DNA from: Candidatus Saganbacteria bacterium | GTDB lineage: Bacteria > Margulisbacteria > WOR-1 > JAKLHX01 | Direction of reading: 5' to 3' | Assembly: GCA_026387835.1 (NCBI GenBank) | Contig: JAPLKZ010000005.1 | Span: 180,001-212,000, forward strand | DNA: 32,000 nucleotides | Part shown: positions 9,270 through 18,707 of the stretch, one piece after another | Numbering within the stretch: the first letter of the stretch is position 1 | Layout: each line of letters starts with the position of its first letter | Position numbers and translations under genes: made by a program | The notes under the pieces: generated by a model | The model's database searches: none | The model's input: the letters and a program-made list of their open reading frames with translations, nothing else | Told to the model about the DNA's origin: nothing

Positions 9270-9650
9270 ATGTACAAAGTCAAAGTTAAGAACAACGGCG
9301 GTATGGTGTTCACGGCAAAGTCCGAGCACGGCGAGATAAAGATAGATGCCGAGGGGAAAGCCATTGAACCTCTTGAGACGCTTCTCGCGGCGCTGGGATC
9401 ATGCACCGGATTCTACATAAGAAAATACGCGCAGTCCGCTAACATCAGGATGGATATGTTCACTCTTGATCTGGAAGCTGAACTGGCCAAAGGTTTCCCT
9501 TCATATTTCAAAAAAATAAAGATGTCAATCGACCTGAACGGAGCGGTGCTGAGCGATCTTCAAAAGACGGCCATGATGGAGTTCATAAAAAACTGCCCGG
9601 TATTGAACACCCTTGATAACGAGCCTGCAGTGGAGACTGTCCTGCTTTAG
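9270..9650 (+). CDS. OsmC/Ohr-family peroxiredoxin-like protein
   Basis: The size is 126 aa. It has the two family cysteines in the typical contexts LLAALGSC and IKNCPV. A GGAGAGGGAG SD site is present. Confidence 0.75.
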   Translation: MYKVKVKNNGGMVFTAKSEHGEIKIDAEGKAIEPLETLLAALGSCTGFYIRKYAQSANIRMDMFTLDLEAELAKGFPSYFKKIKMSIDLNGAVLSDLQKTAMMEFIKNCPVLNTLDNEPAVETVLL

Positions 9651-10546
9651 GTTCTCTGTATAGTCCCGCTCAGGGCTTCCGCTCCTGTTTTTCTGGAAAC
9701 GATGACCCTTTCTATGCCATTGTGGTCTTCGAACACTTTGGGAGTTTCAAATTCGACGCTGTCATCTATCATCTTAACGATCTTCGAGGACTGGCCGATA
9801 CCGGCTTCGATTATCAGATACCCTGACGGGAAAAGATAAACGTGGGTCTTTGCAAAGATATTCCTGTAGAAATCCATCCCATCGGCTCCGCCGTCAAGTG
9901 CCTGGACCGGCTCATAGTTGGCGATCTCCGCCTGCAGGTTTTTTATTTCGCCGCTCGGGATATACGGCGGGTTTGAGACGATGATGTCGAACTTGTCTCC
10001 CTTATATTTTGAATCAAAAATATTGTCATGGATGAAAGTGATCCTGTCAGAGACGCAATGCTTTGCAGCGTTCCTTGCTGCTGTCTCTATCGCGGACTTT
10101 GAGATATCCGTGGCAGTGATATATGAATTTTTAAGATAATATGCAAGGCTGACCGAGACAGCCCCTGACCCCGTTCCAATATCGAGTATGCATATCCTGT
10201 CCTTCTTGATGTCTTTACCAGCATCGATCGTGATCTCAACAAGCCTTTCGGTCTCGGGCCTCGGAATCAGCACCGATGAGTCAACATCAAAATCAAGGGA
10301 CATGAAAGATCTCTTACCGGTGATATATGCTGTTGGTTCCTTTTTTGCCCTTCTTAATATAAGCTTCTTGAACGTCGCAAGTTCATCATCTTTCAGGACC
10401 CTCTCATGCTGGACGTACAGGTCGATCCTTTTCAGGCCGAGAGAGTGTGAGAGAAGTATCTCCGCTTCAAGGTGGGGATTTTCAATACCGTTCTTCTCAA
10501 AATACCCGGTGGTCCAGTCAAGGATGGAAGATATGGTCCAGGTCAT
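9647..10546 (-). CDS. prmC: Release-factor glutamine N5-methyltransferase
   Basis: It has the SAM motif ILDIGTGSG and the catalytic NPPY (VSNPPYIP). It lies directly downstream of prfA with a 4-nt ATGA overlap. Confidence 0.9.
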   Translation of the reverse strand: MTWTISSILDWTTGYFEKNGIENPHLEAEILLSHSLGLKRIDLYVQHERVLKDDELATFKKLILRRAKKEPTAYITGKRSFMSLDFDVDSSVLIPRPETERLVEITIDAGKDIKKDRICILDIGTGSGAVSVSLAYYLKNSYITATDISKSAIETAARNAAKHCVSDRITFIHDNIFDSKYKGDKFDIIVSNPPYIPSGEIKNLQAEIANYEPVQALDGGADGMDFYRNIFAKTHVYLFPSGYLIIEAGIGQSSKIVKMIDDSVEFETPKVFEDHNGIERVIVSRKTGAEALSGTIQRT

Positions 10547-11595
10547 TTTACCGATGCTTCCAGTTTAGCTATGCGGTCGGCAGAAGTGAGACCGTCGATA
10601 AGCTCATCGATAGCTCCGTCCATGACCTCCGTGATATTGAATACAGAAAGGCCTATCCGGTGGTCGGTGATCCTGTTCTGCGGAAAATTGTAAGTCCTTA
10701 TTTTTTCGCTCCTGTCGCCGCTGCCAACCTGTATCTTTCTCATCTGGCTGATCCCGTCTTTTCTTTTTGCCTCTTCAAGCTCGTAAAGCCGTGCTTTCAG
10801 GAACCTGAAAGCTTTTTCCTTGTTCTGGTGCTGGCTTCTTTCGTCCTGGCACTGTACGACGATGCCTGTCGGCATATGCGTTATCCTGATCGCCGTGCTC
10901 ACTTTGTTGACATTCTGCCCGCCGGCTCCGCCGGACCTGTAAACGTCGATCCGAATTTCTTTTTCATCTATTTTAATATCGACGTCTTCGACTTCCGGGA
11001 GCACCGCGACGGTCGCCGCCGAGGTATGTATCCTGCCCGAAGCCTCCGTAGCCGGGACACGCTGGACACGATGCGTGCCGCTCTCGTATTTCAACCGGCT
11101 GTAGGCCCCTTTGCCTAGTACCGCGAAGATGACTTCTTTGAAGCCTCCGAGACCCGTCGGGTTCGAGTCCATCATGTCGACTTTCCAGTTATGGCGCTCG
11201 GCATACCTGATATACATCCTGAAAAGCTGTCCCGCGAAAAGCGCGGCTTCCTCGCCGCCGGTCCCGGCCCTGATCTCCATGTAAATGTTCTTTTCATCGT
11301 TGGGGTCTTTCGGAAGGAGCAGGACTTCTATCTCTTTTTCAAGGGACATCATTTTTTCCGAAAGATCTTTATGAAGTTCCTTAAGCTCGGTATCTTTGGA
11401 GTCTTTTATGTCTTCGAGGTCTTCTGACGCGGCTTTATACTGCCTGTATTTATCCACGATCTCTTTGAGGTCAGAGAACTCCTTGCTGAATTTCTGGATC
11501 TTTTCCCTGTCCGCCAGGGTGTCGGGATGCGACAAGAGGGATTCAAGCTCTTTGTAGCGGTCTTCGAATTTTGTCAGTTTGACAACAAAGCTCAT
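10543..11595 (-). CDS. prfA: Peptide chain release factor 1
   Basis: It has the GGQ motif (SGGAGGQNVNKVSTA) and the RF1-type PAT tripeptide (RVPATE). The size is 350 aa. Confidence 0.95.
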   Translation of the reverse strand: MSFVVKLTKFEDRYKELESLLSHPDTLADREKIQKFSKEFSDLKEIVDKYRQYKAASEDLEDIKDSKDTELKELHKDLSEKMMSLEKEIEVLLLPKDPNDEKNIYMEIRAGTGGEEAALFAGQLFRMYIRYAERHNWKVDMMDSNPTGLGGFKEVIFAVLGKGAYSRLKYESGTHRVQRVPATEASGRIHTSAATVAVLPEVEDVDIKIDEKEIRIDVYRSGGAGGQNVNKVSTAIRITHMPTGIVVQCQDERSQHQNKEKAFRFLKARLYELEEAKRKDGISQMRKIQVGSGDRSEKIRTYNFPQNRITDHRIGLSVFNITEVMDGAIDELIDGLTSADRIAKLEASVK

Positions 11596-11623
11596 GGGAG
11601 TATTCTACGCAGCAGGAGACCTG

Positions 11624-11881
11624 CTACTTCTTTTTTTTATCTTTTTTCGGGGTTCTTATCTTCTTCTTTTTCGGAGTAAGTTCTTTAGCCGCATATTTCT
11701 TCTTGAATTTGTCCACCCTTCCTTCGGTATCAAGCAGTTTCTGTTTCCCGGTGAAAAGAGGGTGGCAGGCGCTGCAGATGTCCACGCGGATGCTTTCTTT
11801 TGTGGAGCCGATCTCGTACTGCGCGCCGCAGGCGCACTTGACCAGCACGGCATGGTATTTAGGGTGGATTTTTTCTTTCAT
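11624..11881 (-). CDS. rpmE: 50S ribosomal protein L31 (Zn-ribbon type) with a Lys-rich C-terminal extension
   Basis: The N-terminus MKEKIHPKY, the CxC...CxxC cysteines and HPLFTGKQ identify L31. About 20 extra residues follow: [22 protein letters not shown]. Confidence 0.93.
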   Translation of the reverse strand: MKEKIHPKYHAVLVKCACGAQYEIGSTKESIRVDICSACHPLFTGKQKLLDTEGRVDKFKKKYAAKELTPKKKKIRTPKKDKKKK

Positions 11882-11887
11882 ATCGAA

Positions 11888-11893
11888 ATTATA
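11888..11893 (-). promoter_or_regulatory. -10 box TATAAT placed 6 nt upstream of the rpmE ATG (leaderless-type promoter)
   Basis: The minus strand reads TATAAT-ttcgat-ATG. No SD site is present. Confidence 0.4.
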
Positions 11894-11906
11894 TCACGGC
11901 AGAGTG

Positions 11907-11912
11907 TATAAT
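11907..11912 (+). promoter_or_regulatory. -10 box TATAAT upstream of coaE
   Basis: The hexamer is a perfect match and lies 14 nt before ATG 11927. No SD site is in the gap. Confidence 0.35.
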
Positions 11913-11926
11913 ATCAATAAACTGTC

Positions 11927-12520
11927 ATGAAGAACAAAAAATTGATAATAGGGGTGACCGGCCCGATAGCTTCGGGTAAAAGCCTGGCATGCAGAGCGTT
12001 GAGGTCCATGGGCTGCGGTGTTATCGACGCGGACCTGGTGGGCCATAAGTTGTTGAAAAGAGGCTCCCCGGCATTTAAAAAAGTCATTAATGCCTTCCCT
12101 GGAAAAGACATTTGCCGAGGAGCGCAGATCGACAGAAAAAAGCTGGGTGGTATTGTTTTCGGTGACAGGCGTATGCTGAAAAAGCTTGAAAGGATCACCC
12201 ATCCCTTGATAAAAAAAGAGATCGAACGCCGGATCTCAAAAATACAAAATAGAACTGTCGTGGTCAACGCGGCTGTGCTCGAAGAGATAGGGCTTGCCGG
12301 CAGCATGGACAAGATAATAGCCGTCGTCTCCGGTAAGGGTAAAAGGCTGGCACGGCTTATGAAGAAGATGTCCAGGACGCAGGCGCTTTCCCGCATGAGG
12401 GCTCAAAGGAGCGATAAGGATTATATTAAAAAAGCTGATGTCGTGATCAGGAACGATTCAAGTGCCGGAAATCTCATCAAAAAGACGAAAGAAGCCCTCA
12501 AAAAGATTATCCCAGGCTGA
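11927..12520 (+). CDS. coaE: Dephospho-CoA kinase
   Basis: It has the P-loop IGVTGPIASGKS at the N-terminus. The size (197 aa) and layout are typical of CoaE. Confidence 0.9.
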   Translation: MKNKKLIIGVTGPIASGKSLACRALRSMGCGVIDADLVGHKLLKRGSPAFKKVINAFPGKDICRGAQIDRKKLGGIVFGDRRMLKKLERITHPLIKKEIERRISKIQNRTVVVNAAVLEEIGLAGSMDKIIAVVSGKGKRLARLMKKMSRTQALSRMRAQRSDKDYIKKADVVIRNDSSAGNLIKKTKEALKKIIPG

Positions 12521-12570
12521 AGCCGCTCTTTAATTACGGTCGTAATAATACTGAGTAGCGAAGTTCAATA

Positions 12571-12579
12571 TGTTAAAAT
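12571..12579 (+). promoter_or_regulatory. Extended -10 TGtTAAAAT upstream of glgA
   Basis: It lies 16 nt before ATG 12596, and the short leader contains GGAGG (12586-12590). Confidence 0.35.
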
Positions 12580-12595
12580 ACAAATGGAGGCTTGA

Positions 12596-14068
12596 ATGAA
12601 GATACTTGTCGTCTCATCGGAAATGGCGCCTTTTTCCAAGACAGGCGGGCTGGCGGATGTGATAGGCGCGCTTCCTAAATCTTTAAAGAAGATCGGGCAC
12701 GACGTAAGGGTGATCATACCTAAATATAAAATGACCGACAAAGGCGGTTTTATAACACATCCTCTGATGAAGGATATCAGCGTGGAGATCGGCCAGAAGA
12801 AATACAAATTCGATCTTTTTGAGACAAAACTCCCCGGCAGTGATGTAACGGTGTACCTGGTCGGCTGTGATGAATATTTTGACAGGGACGGTTTGTACCA
12901 GGAGAACGGGAAGGATTATCCTGATAATGCCGAAAGGTTCCTGTTTTTCTGCAAAGCCGTTCTCATATCGCTTAAATCAATGGGATGGGAACCTAATGTG
13001 GTCCACTGCAACGACTGGCAGTCGGCTTTTGTCGCGGCTTTTATTAAGACGATATATGCCAAAGACCCGTTCTTCAATACGATAGCGACGGTCTATACCA
13101 TCCATAATATGGGATACCTCGGCCTTTTCGCGGCCGACAAGATGCCGCTGACCGGACTGGGATGGGAATATTTCACACCGGATCTTCTGGAATTCTGGGG
13201 AAACCTCTGTTTCGCGAAAGCAGGCCTCGTCTACGCGGACGTGATCGGCACGGTCAGTGAGACATATTCAAAAGAAATCGCGCTGCCGGAATTCGGCTGC
13301 GGACTTGACGGGCTGATCAGGTCAAGGAAAGACGATATCTACGGCATAGTGAACGGTATCGATTATGAGGTCTGGGACCCCGAAAAAGACAAGGACATCA
13401 CGAGCAATTATTCATCTTCAAATCTCAGGGGAAAAGCGTCGGACAAAGCAGCCCTCAGAAAAAATCTGGGACTGAAAAACGAGAACGGTCCTGCTGTCAT
13501 AGGCATGGTGACCAGGATGGCAGACCAGAAAGGTTTTGACCTGTTAAGCGGGATATTTACAAAGATGATGTCCCTGCCCGTGCAGTTCGTACTGCTGGGA
13601 ACAGGCGAGCCGAAATACGAAAAGCAATTCCTGGCCTTTGCTAAAAAATATCAGGGAAAAGTCTCTGCCAATATCGGTTTTGACAGCGCCGCGGCGCCGC
13701 CCATATATGCGGGCTCTGATATGTTCCTGATGCCTTCCAGTTACGAGCCCTGCGGCCTGGGACAGCTTATAAGCTTCAAGTACGGGACGGTCCCCATAGT
13801 CAGAAAAACCGGAGGCCTGGCGGATACCGTTATCGATTATGATCCGTTGACCGAAGAGGGCAGCGGGTTTGTGTTCGCGGATTATTCTTGTGACGGCCTG
13901 TTTGACGCTGTCAAAAGGGCCGTGTCGTTATACGTGTCCGATAAAAAGAAATGGACATCCCTGGTCAAAAAAATAATGAAGTACGATTTTTCCTGGGATT
14001 CATCGGCAAAAAACTACATAAACCTCTATAAAAAAGCGATCGAGAACCTTTCCGTCAAAAATCATTAA
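12596..14068 (+). CDS. glgA: Glycogen (starch) synthase, GT5
   Basis: It has the canonical N-terminus MKILVVSSEMAPFSKTGGLADV, and later PSSYEPCGL and GGLADTV. Confidence 0.93.
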   Translation: MKILVVSSEMAPFSKTGGLADVIGALPKSLKKIGHDVRVIIPKYKMTDKGGFITHPLMKDISVEIGQKKYKFDLFETKLPGSDVTVYLVGCDEYFDRDGLYQENGKDYPDNAERFLFFCKAVLISLKSMGWEPNVVHCNDWQSAFVAAFIKTIYAKDPFFNTIATVYTIHNMGYLGLFAADKMPLTGLGWEYFTPDLLEFWGNLCFAKAGLVYADVIGTVSETYSKEIALPEFGCGLDGLIRSRKDDIYGIVNGIDYEVWDPEKDKDITSNYSSSNLRGKASDKAALRKNLGLKNENGPAVIGMVTRMADQKGFDLLSGIFTKMMSLPVQFVLLGTGEPKYEKQFLAFAKKYQGKVSANIGFDSAAAPPIYAGSDMFLMPSSYEPCGLGQLISFKYGTVPIVRKTGGLADTVIDYDPLTEEGSGFVFADYSCDGLFDAVKRAVSLYVSDKKKWTSLVKKIMKYDFSWDSSAKNYINLYKKAIENLSVKNH

Positions 14069-14079
14069 GGAGGAAAGCC

Positions 14080-14817
14080 ATGTCCGGACATTCTAAATGG
14101 TCGACCATCAAAAGGGCAAAGGCAAAGACCGACGCGACCAGAGGAAAAATATTCTCAAAACTCGCGAGAGAGGTCACTGTGGCAGCAAAGACCGGAGGGG
14201 GAGACCCCGCGAGCAACGCGCGGCTGCGTCTTGTAGTGGACAAAGCCAAGGCAGCCAATATGCCTAAAGATAATATTGAAAGGGCCATAGCGAAAGGCGC
14301 GGGCGGAGGCGAAGGCAGTACCATTGAAGAATTTACTTATGAGGGATACGGGCCTGCCGGTTCCGCGGTGATAGTCGATGTGATGACGGACAACAAGAAC
14401 AGGACGCTCGGTGAAGTGCAGTTCATATTTTCAAAGCACGGCGGCAACATGGGGAAAGCGGGATGCGTTTCATGGCAGTTCACAAGGTGCGGGGTCATAA
14501 CCGCGGATAAAAGCAAAGTTAACGCGGAAAACCTCATGACCGACGCGATAGAGGCGGGAGCGGAAGATATCAACGATGAGGATGCCGCGATAGAGATAAA
14601 AACAAAACCGGAGAATTACGAAGCTGTCCTTAACGCCCTGAGAGCCAAAGGATACGAGTTCATCTCGAGCGAGATAACTCTTGTCCCCAATTCGACGATC
14701 AAAGTCGCGGGTGATGAGGCGAGGAAACTTCTCAAGCTCGTCGATGCGCTTGAGGAGCACGATGACGTCCAGAACGTCTACTCGAATTTCGAAATAGAGG
14801 ACGGGGCTATCGGATGA
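14080..14817 (+). CDS. yebC: YebC/PmpR-family DNA-binding transcriptional regulator
   Basis: The N-terminus MSGHSKWSTIKRAKAKTDATRGKIFSKLAREV is diagnostic. An AAGGAGG SD site is present. Confidence 0.93.
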   Translation: MSGHSKWSTIKRAKAKTDATRGKIFSKLAREVTVAAKTGGGDPASNARLRLVVDKAKAANMPKDNIERAIAKGAGGGEGSTIEEFTYEGYGPAGSAVIVDVMTDNKNRTLGEVQFIFSKHGGNMGKAGCVSWQFTRCGVITADKSKVNAENLMTDAIEAGAEDINDEDAAIEIKTKPENYEAVLNALRAKGYEFISSEITLVPNSTIKVAGDEARKLLKLVDALEEHDDVQNVYSNFEIEDGAIG

Positions 14818-15536
14818 AATTAATAGCCGACCTTCATATCCACACCGTCTCTTCGGGACACGCTTATAACACCATCTATGAATATGCCGCTAAAGCGAAG
14901 AAAAAAGGCCTAAAATATATTGGCATGACAGACCACGGCCCTGCGATGGGAGGGGCCCCGCACCCATATCATTTTGCCAATCTGCATTCGCTTCCCGAAA
15001 AGATAAACGGCGTCAGGGTACTGAAAGGCATCGAGGCGAACATCATGGACAGTGAAGGGAACCTTGATCTCGCACATGAGTTCTTAAAAGATCTGGAACT
15101 GGTGATAGTCTCGTTCCATATAAATCTCGGTTATGACGGGAGCGATAAGAAAAAAAATACGGAAGCGCTTATCAAAGCGGTCAGGAACCCTAAAGTGAAC
15201 ATGATAGGGCATCCGGGAAACCCGCAGTTCGAAACGGATATAGAGGCGGTGGTGGAAGAATGCAAAAAGAACGGGGTGCTTATCGAGATAAACAACAGCA
15301 GTTTCTCCGGAATAATAAGACAGGGGAGCTGGGAGCCCTGCATCAGGTTCGCCAAAGCCGTCAAGAAGATCGGATGGAAGGTCTGCTTCAGCAGCGACGC
15401 GCACTGCCTGGCTCACCTGGCGGAGTTCGATAAGGCGGTCCAATTGGCAAAGGAAGCGGGGCTAAATCTTCAAGATATTGTCAATACTTCGGAAAAGATG
15501 ATAGAAAAGTTTGTCTTGGGTAAACAGCAGAATTGA
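14814..15536 (+). CDS. PHP-domain phosphoesterase, YcdX-like
   Basis: DLHIHTVSSGHAY, MTDHGP, GIEANI, GHPGNP and EINNSSF line up with E. coli YcdX along the whole length. There is a 4-nt overlap with yebC. Confidence 0.8.
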   Translation: MKLIADLHIHTVSSGHAYNTIYEYAAKAKKKGLKYIGMTDHGPAMGGAPHPYHFANLHSLPEKINGVRVLKGIEANIMDSEGNLDLAHEFLKDLELVIVSFHINLGYDGSDKKKNTEALIKAVRNPKVNMIGHPGNPQFETDIEAVVEECKKNGVLIEINNSSFSGIIRQGSWEPCIRFAKAVKKIGWKVCFSSDAHCLAHLAEFDKAVQLAKEAGLNLQDIVNTSEKMIEKFVLGKQQN

Positions 15537-15607
15537 TCATTCATAACCGGACACTAAGCGAATTCAGGCACTGCACTGTTAAGTCGAGCCGACTATATAT
15601 AATATAG

Positions 15608-15613
15608 TATAAT
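15608..15613 (+). promoter_or_regulatory. -10 box TATAAT placed 9 nt upstream of the uvrA ATG (second of two tandem boxes)
   Basis: TATAAT occurs at 15598-15603 and at 15608-15613 inside a TA-alternating tract. No SD site precedes ATG 15623. Confidence 0.4.
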
Positions 15614-15622
15614 ATATATCGT

Positions 15623-18436
15623 ATGCCATCCGAACAGAACATAATCATCAAGGGCGCGAGGACACACAATCTCAAGAATATAGATGTAGTGATACCACGC
15701 GGGAAACTTGTAGTGATAACCGGGCTTTCCGGTTCCGGCAAATCTTCGCTTGCTTTCGACACGATATACGCCGAAGGCCAGAGAAGGTACGTTGAATCAC
15801 TTTCCGCATATGCAAGGCAGTTCCTCGAGCAGATGCAGAAACCGGATGTCGATTCAATAGACGGCCTTTCACCGTCTATCTCTATTGAGCAGAGATCCCC
15901 GAGCAGGAACCCGAGATCTACTGTCGGGACGATAACCGAGATCTATGATTACCTGAGATTGCTGTTTGCAAATATCGGGAAACCTTTCTGCCCCAACTGC
16001 GGGAAGAAAATAGAAAAGCAGAGCGCTTCACAGATCGTAGATTCAATATTTGCTTCCCGGGCCGGAGAAAAACTGCAGATACTTGCTCCTGTCGTATCAG
16101 GAAGAAAAGGTGAATACAGGGACGTGTTCGAGTCTGTTTCAAAGGACGGATTTGTGCGGGTGAGGGTGGACGGAAAGATATTAGAGCTCGAAGAAAAGAT
16201 AAAGCTCGACAAGAACAGAAAGCATAATATCGAGATCGTGATCGACAGGATAAAGATACTTCCGGAGAACCGCAAAAGGGTGTTTGATTCAGTCGAGACC
16301 GCTCTGAAGTTCGGCAAGGGGCTTGTCGGTGTCGTCAACGAGAAGGGCTTGTCACAGGTATACAGCGAAAAATTCAACTGCCCTTCATGCGGTACAGGCC
16401 TTGAAGAGATCAGCCCGAGGATATTTTCTTTCAACACCCCATACGGGGCCTGCCCTCAGTGCACGGGGCTCGGTTCATCGCTTGAATTCGATCCGGACCT
16501 GATAATCCCTGACAAGCATCTTTCAATAAACGAAGGCGCGATCGCGCCGATAAAAAAGCCGTCGCCTTATTACGCGCACCAGCTTCTTGCGCTGGCGAGG
16601 GAATATAAGTTCAGCCTAGACACTCCCATAAATAAGTTATCGAAAGCCCAGTTGAATATAGTGCTTTACGGGAGCGAGGAGCCGATCCATTACAGGTATG
16701 AATGGAAAAGAGGTTTCGGGGAGTATGATGACGTATATGAAGGGATAATAAATCTGCTGCGGCGCAGATACACGACCACGCAGTCTGAGCATGTAAGGTT
16801 CCACCTCCACAGGTTCATGAGCCCTGTCCCGTGCACGAAATGCAAAGGCGAGCGGCTGAAACCTGAAAGTCTCTCTATTAAGATCCAAGATAAGAATATC
16901 GCGCAGGTAAGCGCCATGGATGTCGAAGCGCTCACTGCGTTCATTGACAGCCTGAAGCTTACGGAAAACGAGAAGATAATTTCAAGGCAGATTTTGAAAG
17001 AAATAAAGCTCAGGCTGAAATTTCTTCTTGATGTGGGATTGAACTACCTTTCGATGAACAGGGAGACATGGACGCTTTCCGGCGGGGAAGCACAGAGGAC
17101 CCGCCTTGCAACTCAGATAGGTTCCGGTCTCGTAGGAGTCCTCTACATTCTTGACGAGCCGAGCATCGGGCTTCACCAGAGGGATAACAAGAGACTGATA
17201 GCAACGCTTGAAAAACTCCGTGACCTGGGCAATACAGTGATAGTCGTGGAGCATGACGAAGAAATAATAAGGTCATCTGACCATATCATAGATATCGGGC
17301 CCGGAGCGGGAATACACGGAGGAAAAGTCGTCGTGGCCGGATCTTTAAATAAGGTCATCCACTCTGAAAATTCGATAACAGGCGATTATTTAAGCGGAAG
17401 ATCAAAGATCGATATCCCGCGGGAAAGAAGGGCAGGCAACGGAAAATATCTGACCGTAAAGGGAGCAAAACACAATAATCTTAAGGACATAACGGTCGAT
17501 CTTCCTCTGGGAAAGTTCATCTGCGTAACGGGAGTCTCGGGGTCCGGTAAAAGTTCGCTGGTGAACGATGTCCTTTACACCGCGCTGGCAAAAAAGTTCT
17601 ACAGGTCCGCAGCAAAACCGGGCGAGCATGAAGAGATAAAAGGCGATGAAAATATCGACAAGGTGATCATAATCGATCAGTCGCCGATAGGCCGAACGCC
17701 GAGGTCCAACCCCGCGACTTACACAAAGGCTTTTGACCACATAAGGGACATCTTCGCGCTGAGCAGCGAAGCAAAAGTGAGGGGTTATCAGAAAGGAAGG
17801 TTCTCTTTCAATGTAAAGGGCGGCAGGTGCGAGACCTGTGGCGGAGGGGGACTTATTAAGATAGAGATGCATTTCCTGCCCGACGTGTACGTGCGGTGCG
17901 ATGAGTGCAAAGGCATGAGATATAACAAGGAGACCCTCGATATAAGGTACAAGGGTAAGAATATCGCGGAAGTCCTGGACATGACCGTGGAAGAGGCCCT
18001 GCAGCTTTTTGATAAAGTTCCGCACATAAAAAACAAGCTCAAGGTACTGAGCGAAGTCGGACTTAACTATATCCATCTCGGGCAGTCCGCGACGACCCTT
18101 TCCGGAGGAGAAGCGCAGAGAGTGAAACTTTCGACGGAACTCTCCCACAGGAGCACCGGAAAGACCTTGTATATATTGGACGAACCGACTACAGGGCTGC
18201 ATTTTGAGGATGTAAAGAAACTTCTGGAGGTCCTCGGAAAACTTACGGACGCCGGCAATACTGTCCTCGTCATCGAGCACAACCTTGACGTTATCAAAGT
18301 TTCGGATTATATTATTGATTTAGGGCCCGAAGGAGGCCATAATGGAGGATATATAATAGGGAAAGGGACCCCGGAAGAACTGGCCGGGAACAGAAAAAGC
18401 TTTACGGGACATTTTCTTAAGAAATATTTCGGCTGA
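15623..18436 (+). CDS. uvrA: Excinuclease ABC subunit A
   Basis: The size is 937 aa. It has two ABC ATPase modules (GLSGSGKSS and GVSGSGKSS, each with LSGGE signatures) and CxxC zinc modules. Confidence 0.97.
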   Translation: MPSEQNIIIKGARTHNLKNIDVVIPRGKLVVITGLSGSGKSSLAFDTIYAEGQRRYVESLSAYARQFLEQMQKPDVDSIDGLSPSISIEQRSPSRNPRSTVGTITEIYDYLRLLFANIGKPFCPNCGKKIEKQSASQIVDSIFASRAGEKLQILAPVVSGRKGEYRDVFESVSKDGFVRVRVDGKILELEEKIKLDKNRKHNIEIVIDRIKILPENRKRVFDSVETALKFGKGLVGVVNEKGLSQVYSEKFNCPSCGTGLEEISPRIFSFNTPYGACPQCTGLGSSLEFDPDLIIPDKHLSINEGAIAPIKKPSPYYAHQLLALAREYKFSLDTPINKLSKAQLNIVLYGSEEPIHYRYEWKRGFGEYDDVYEGIINLLRRRYTTTQSEHVRFHLHRFMSPVPCTKCKGERLKPESLSIKIQDKNIAQVSAMDVEALTAFIDSLKLTENEKIISRQILKEIKLRLKFLLDVGLNYLSMNRETWTLSGGEAQRTRLATQIGSGLVGVLYILDEPSIGLHQRDNKRLIATLEKLRDLGNTVIVVEHDEEIIRSSDHIIDIGPGAGIHGGKVVVAGSLNKVIHSENSITGDYLSGRSKIDIPRERRAGNGKYLTVKGAKHNNLKDITVDLPLGKFICVTGVSGSGKSSLVNDVLYTALAKKFYRSAAKPGEHEEIKGDENIDKVIIIDQSPIGRTPRSNPATYTKAFDHIRDIFALSSEAKVRGYQKGRFSFNVKGGRCETCGGGGLIKIEMHFLPDVYVRCDECKGMRYNKETLDIRYKGKNIAEVLDMTVEEALQLFDKVPHIKNKLKVLSEVGLNYIHLGQSATTLSGGEAQRVKLSTELSHRSTGKTLYILDEPTTGLHFEDVKKLLEVLGKLTDAGNTVLVIEHNLDVIKVSDYIIDLGPEGGHNGGYIIGKGTPEELAGNRKSFTGHFLKKYFG

Positions 18437-18473
18437 TAGCGCGAGAATTTTCAAAAAACTGAGGAGGTGAAAT

Positions 18474-18701
18474 ATGCCGGATGTAACACCGTTACAGGAT
18501 TTCGGATACGTGGAGAAGAACAAAGATACCCGCTTCATTTTGACCACTTCTGAATGGAGGGGGAATACGTATGTCGATCTCAGGGAATACTACCAGACGT
18601 CTGATGAGCCTCGCGAGTGGCTTCCGACCAAAAAGGGCGTCAGGTTCAGGAAGGACCTGCTTGACAACGTACTGAAACTCTTAGAAAAAGCGAAAGAATA
18701 A
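18474..18701 (+). CDS. PC4/YdbC-like single-stranded DNA-binding protein (p15 coactivator fold)
   Basis: The size is 75 aa. The stretch ...WRGNTYVDLREYYQTSDEPREWLPTKKGVRF... matches the PC4 core pattern (xIDIREYW...P.RKGISL). A strong SD site GAGGAGGTG is present. Confidence 0.65.
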   Translation: MPDVTPLQDFGYVEKNKDTRFILTTSEWRGNTYVDLREYYQTSDEPREWLPTKKGVRFRKDLLDNVLKLLEKAKE

Positions 18702-18707
18702 CCATCC

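Noticed and set aside
15537-15622. An SOS (LexA) box upstream of uvrA.
   Set aside because: No CTGT-N8-ACAG, CGAAC-N4-GTTCG or other dyad that I recognise is present. I see only tandem TATAAT boxes in a TA-alternating tract.
17402-18280. Very long antisense ORFs inside conserved genes: 292 aa opposite uvrA, 234 aa opposite rmuC (8235-8939), 223 aa opposite prfA (10447-11118), 226 aa opposite alaS (26089-26769) and 174 aa opposite tmk (21543-22067).
   Set aside because: All five sit in the antisense frame that is codon-aligned with the sense gene (coordinate differences are divisible by 3). In that frame, stops arise only from sense TTA, CTA or TCA codons. Their absence reflects the codon bias of these genes. 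The translated products are low-complexity (R/F/L/S-rich), with no motifs or SD sites. They are shadow ORFs, not overlapping genes.
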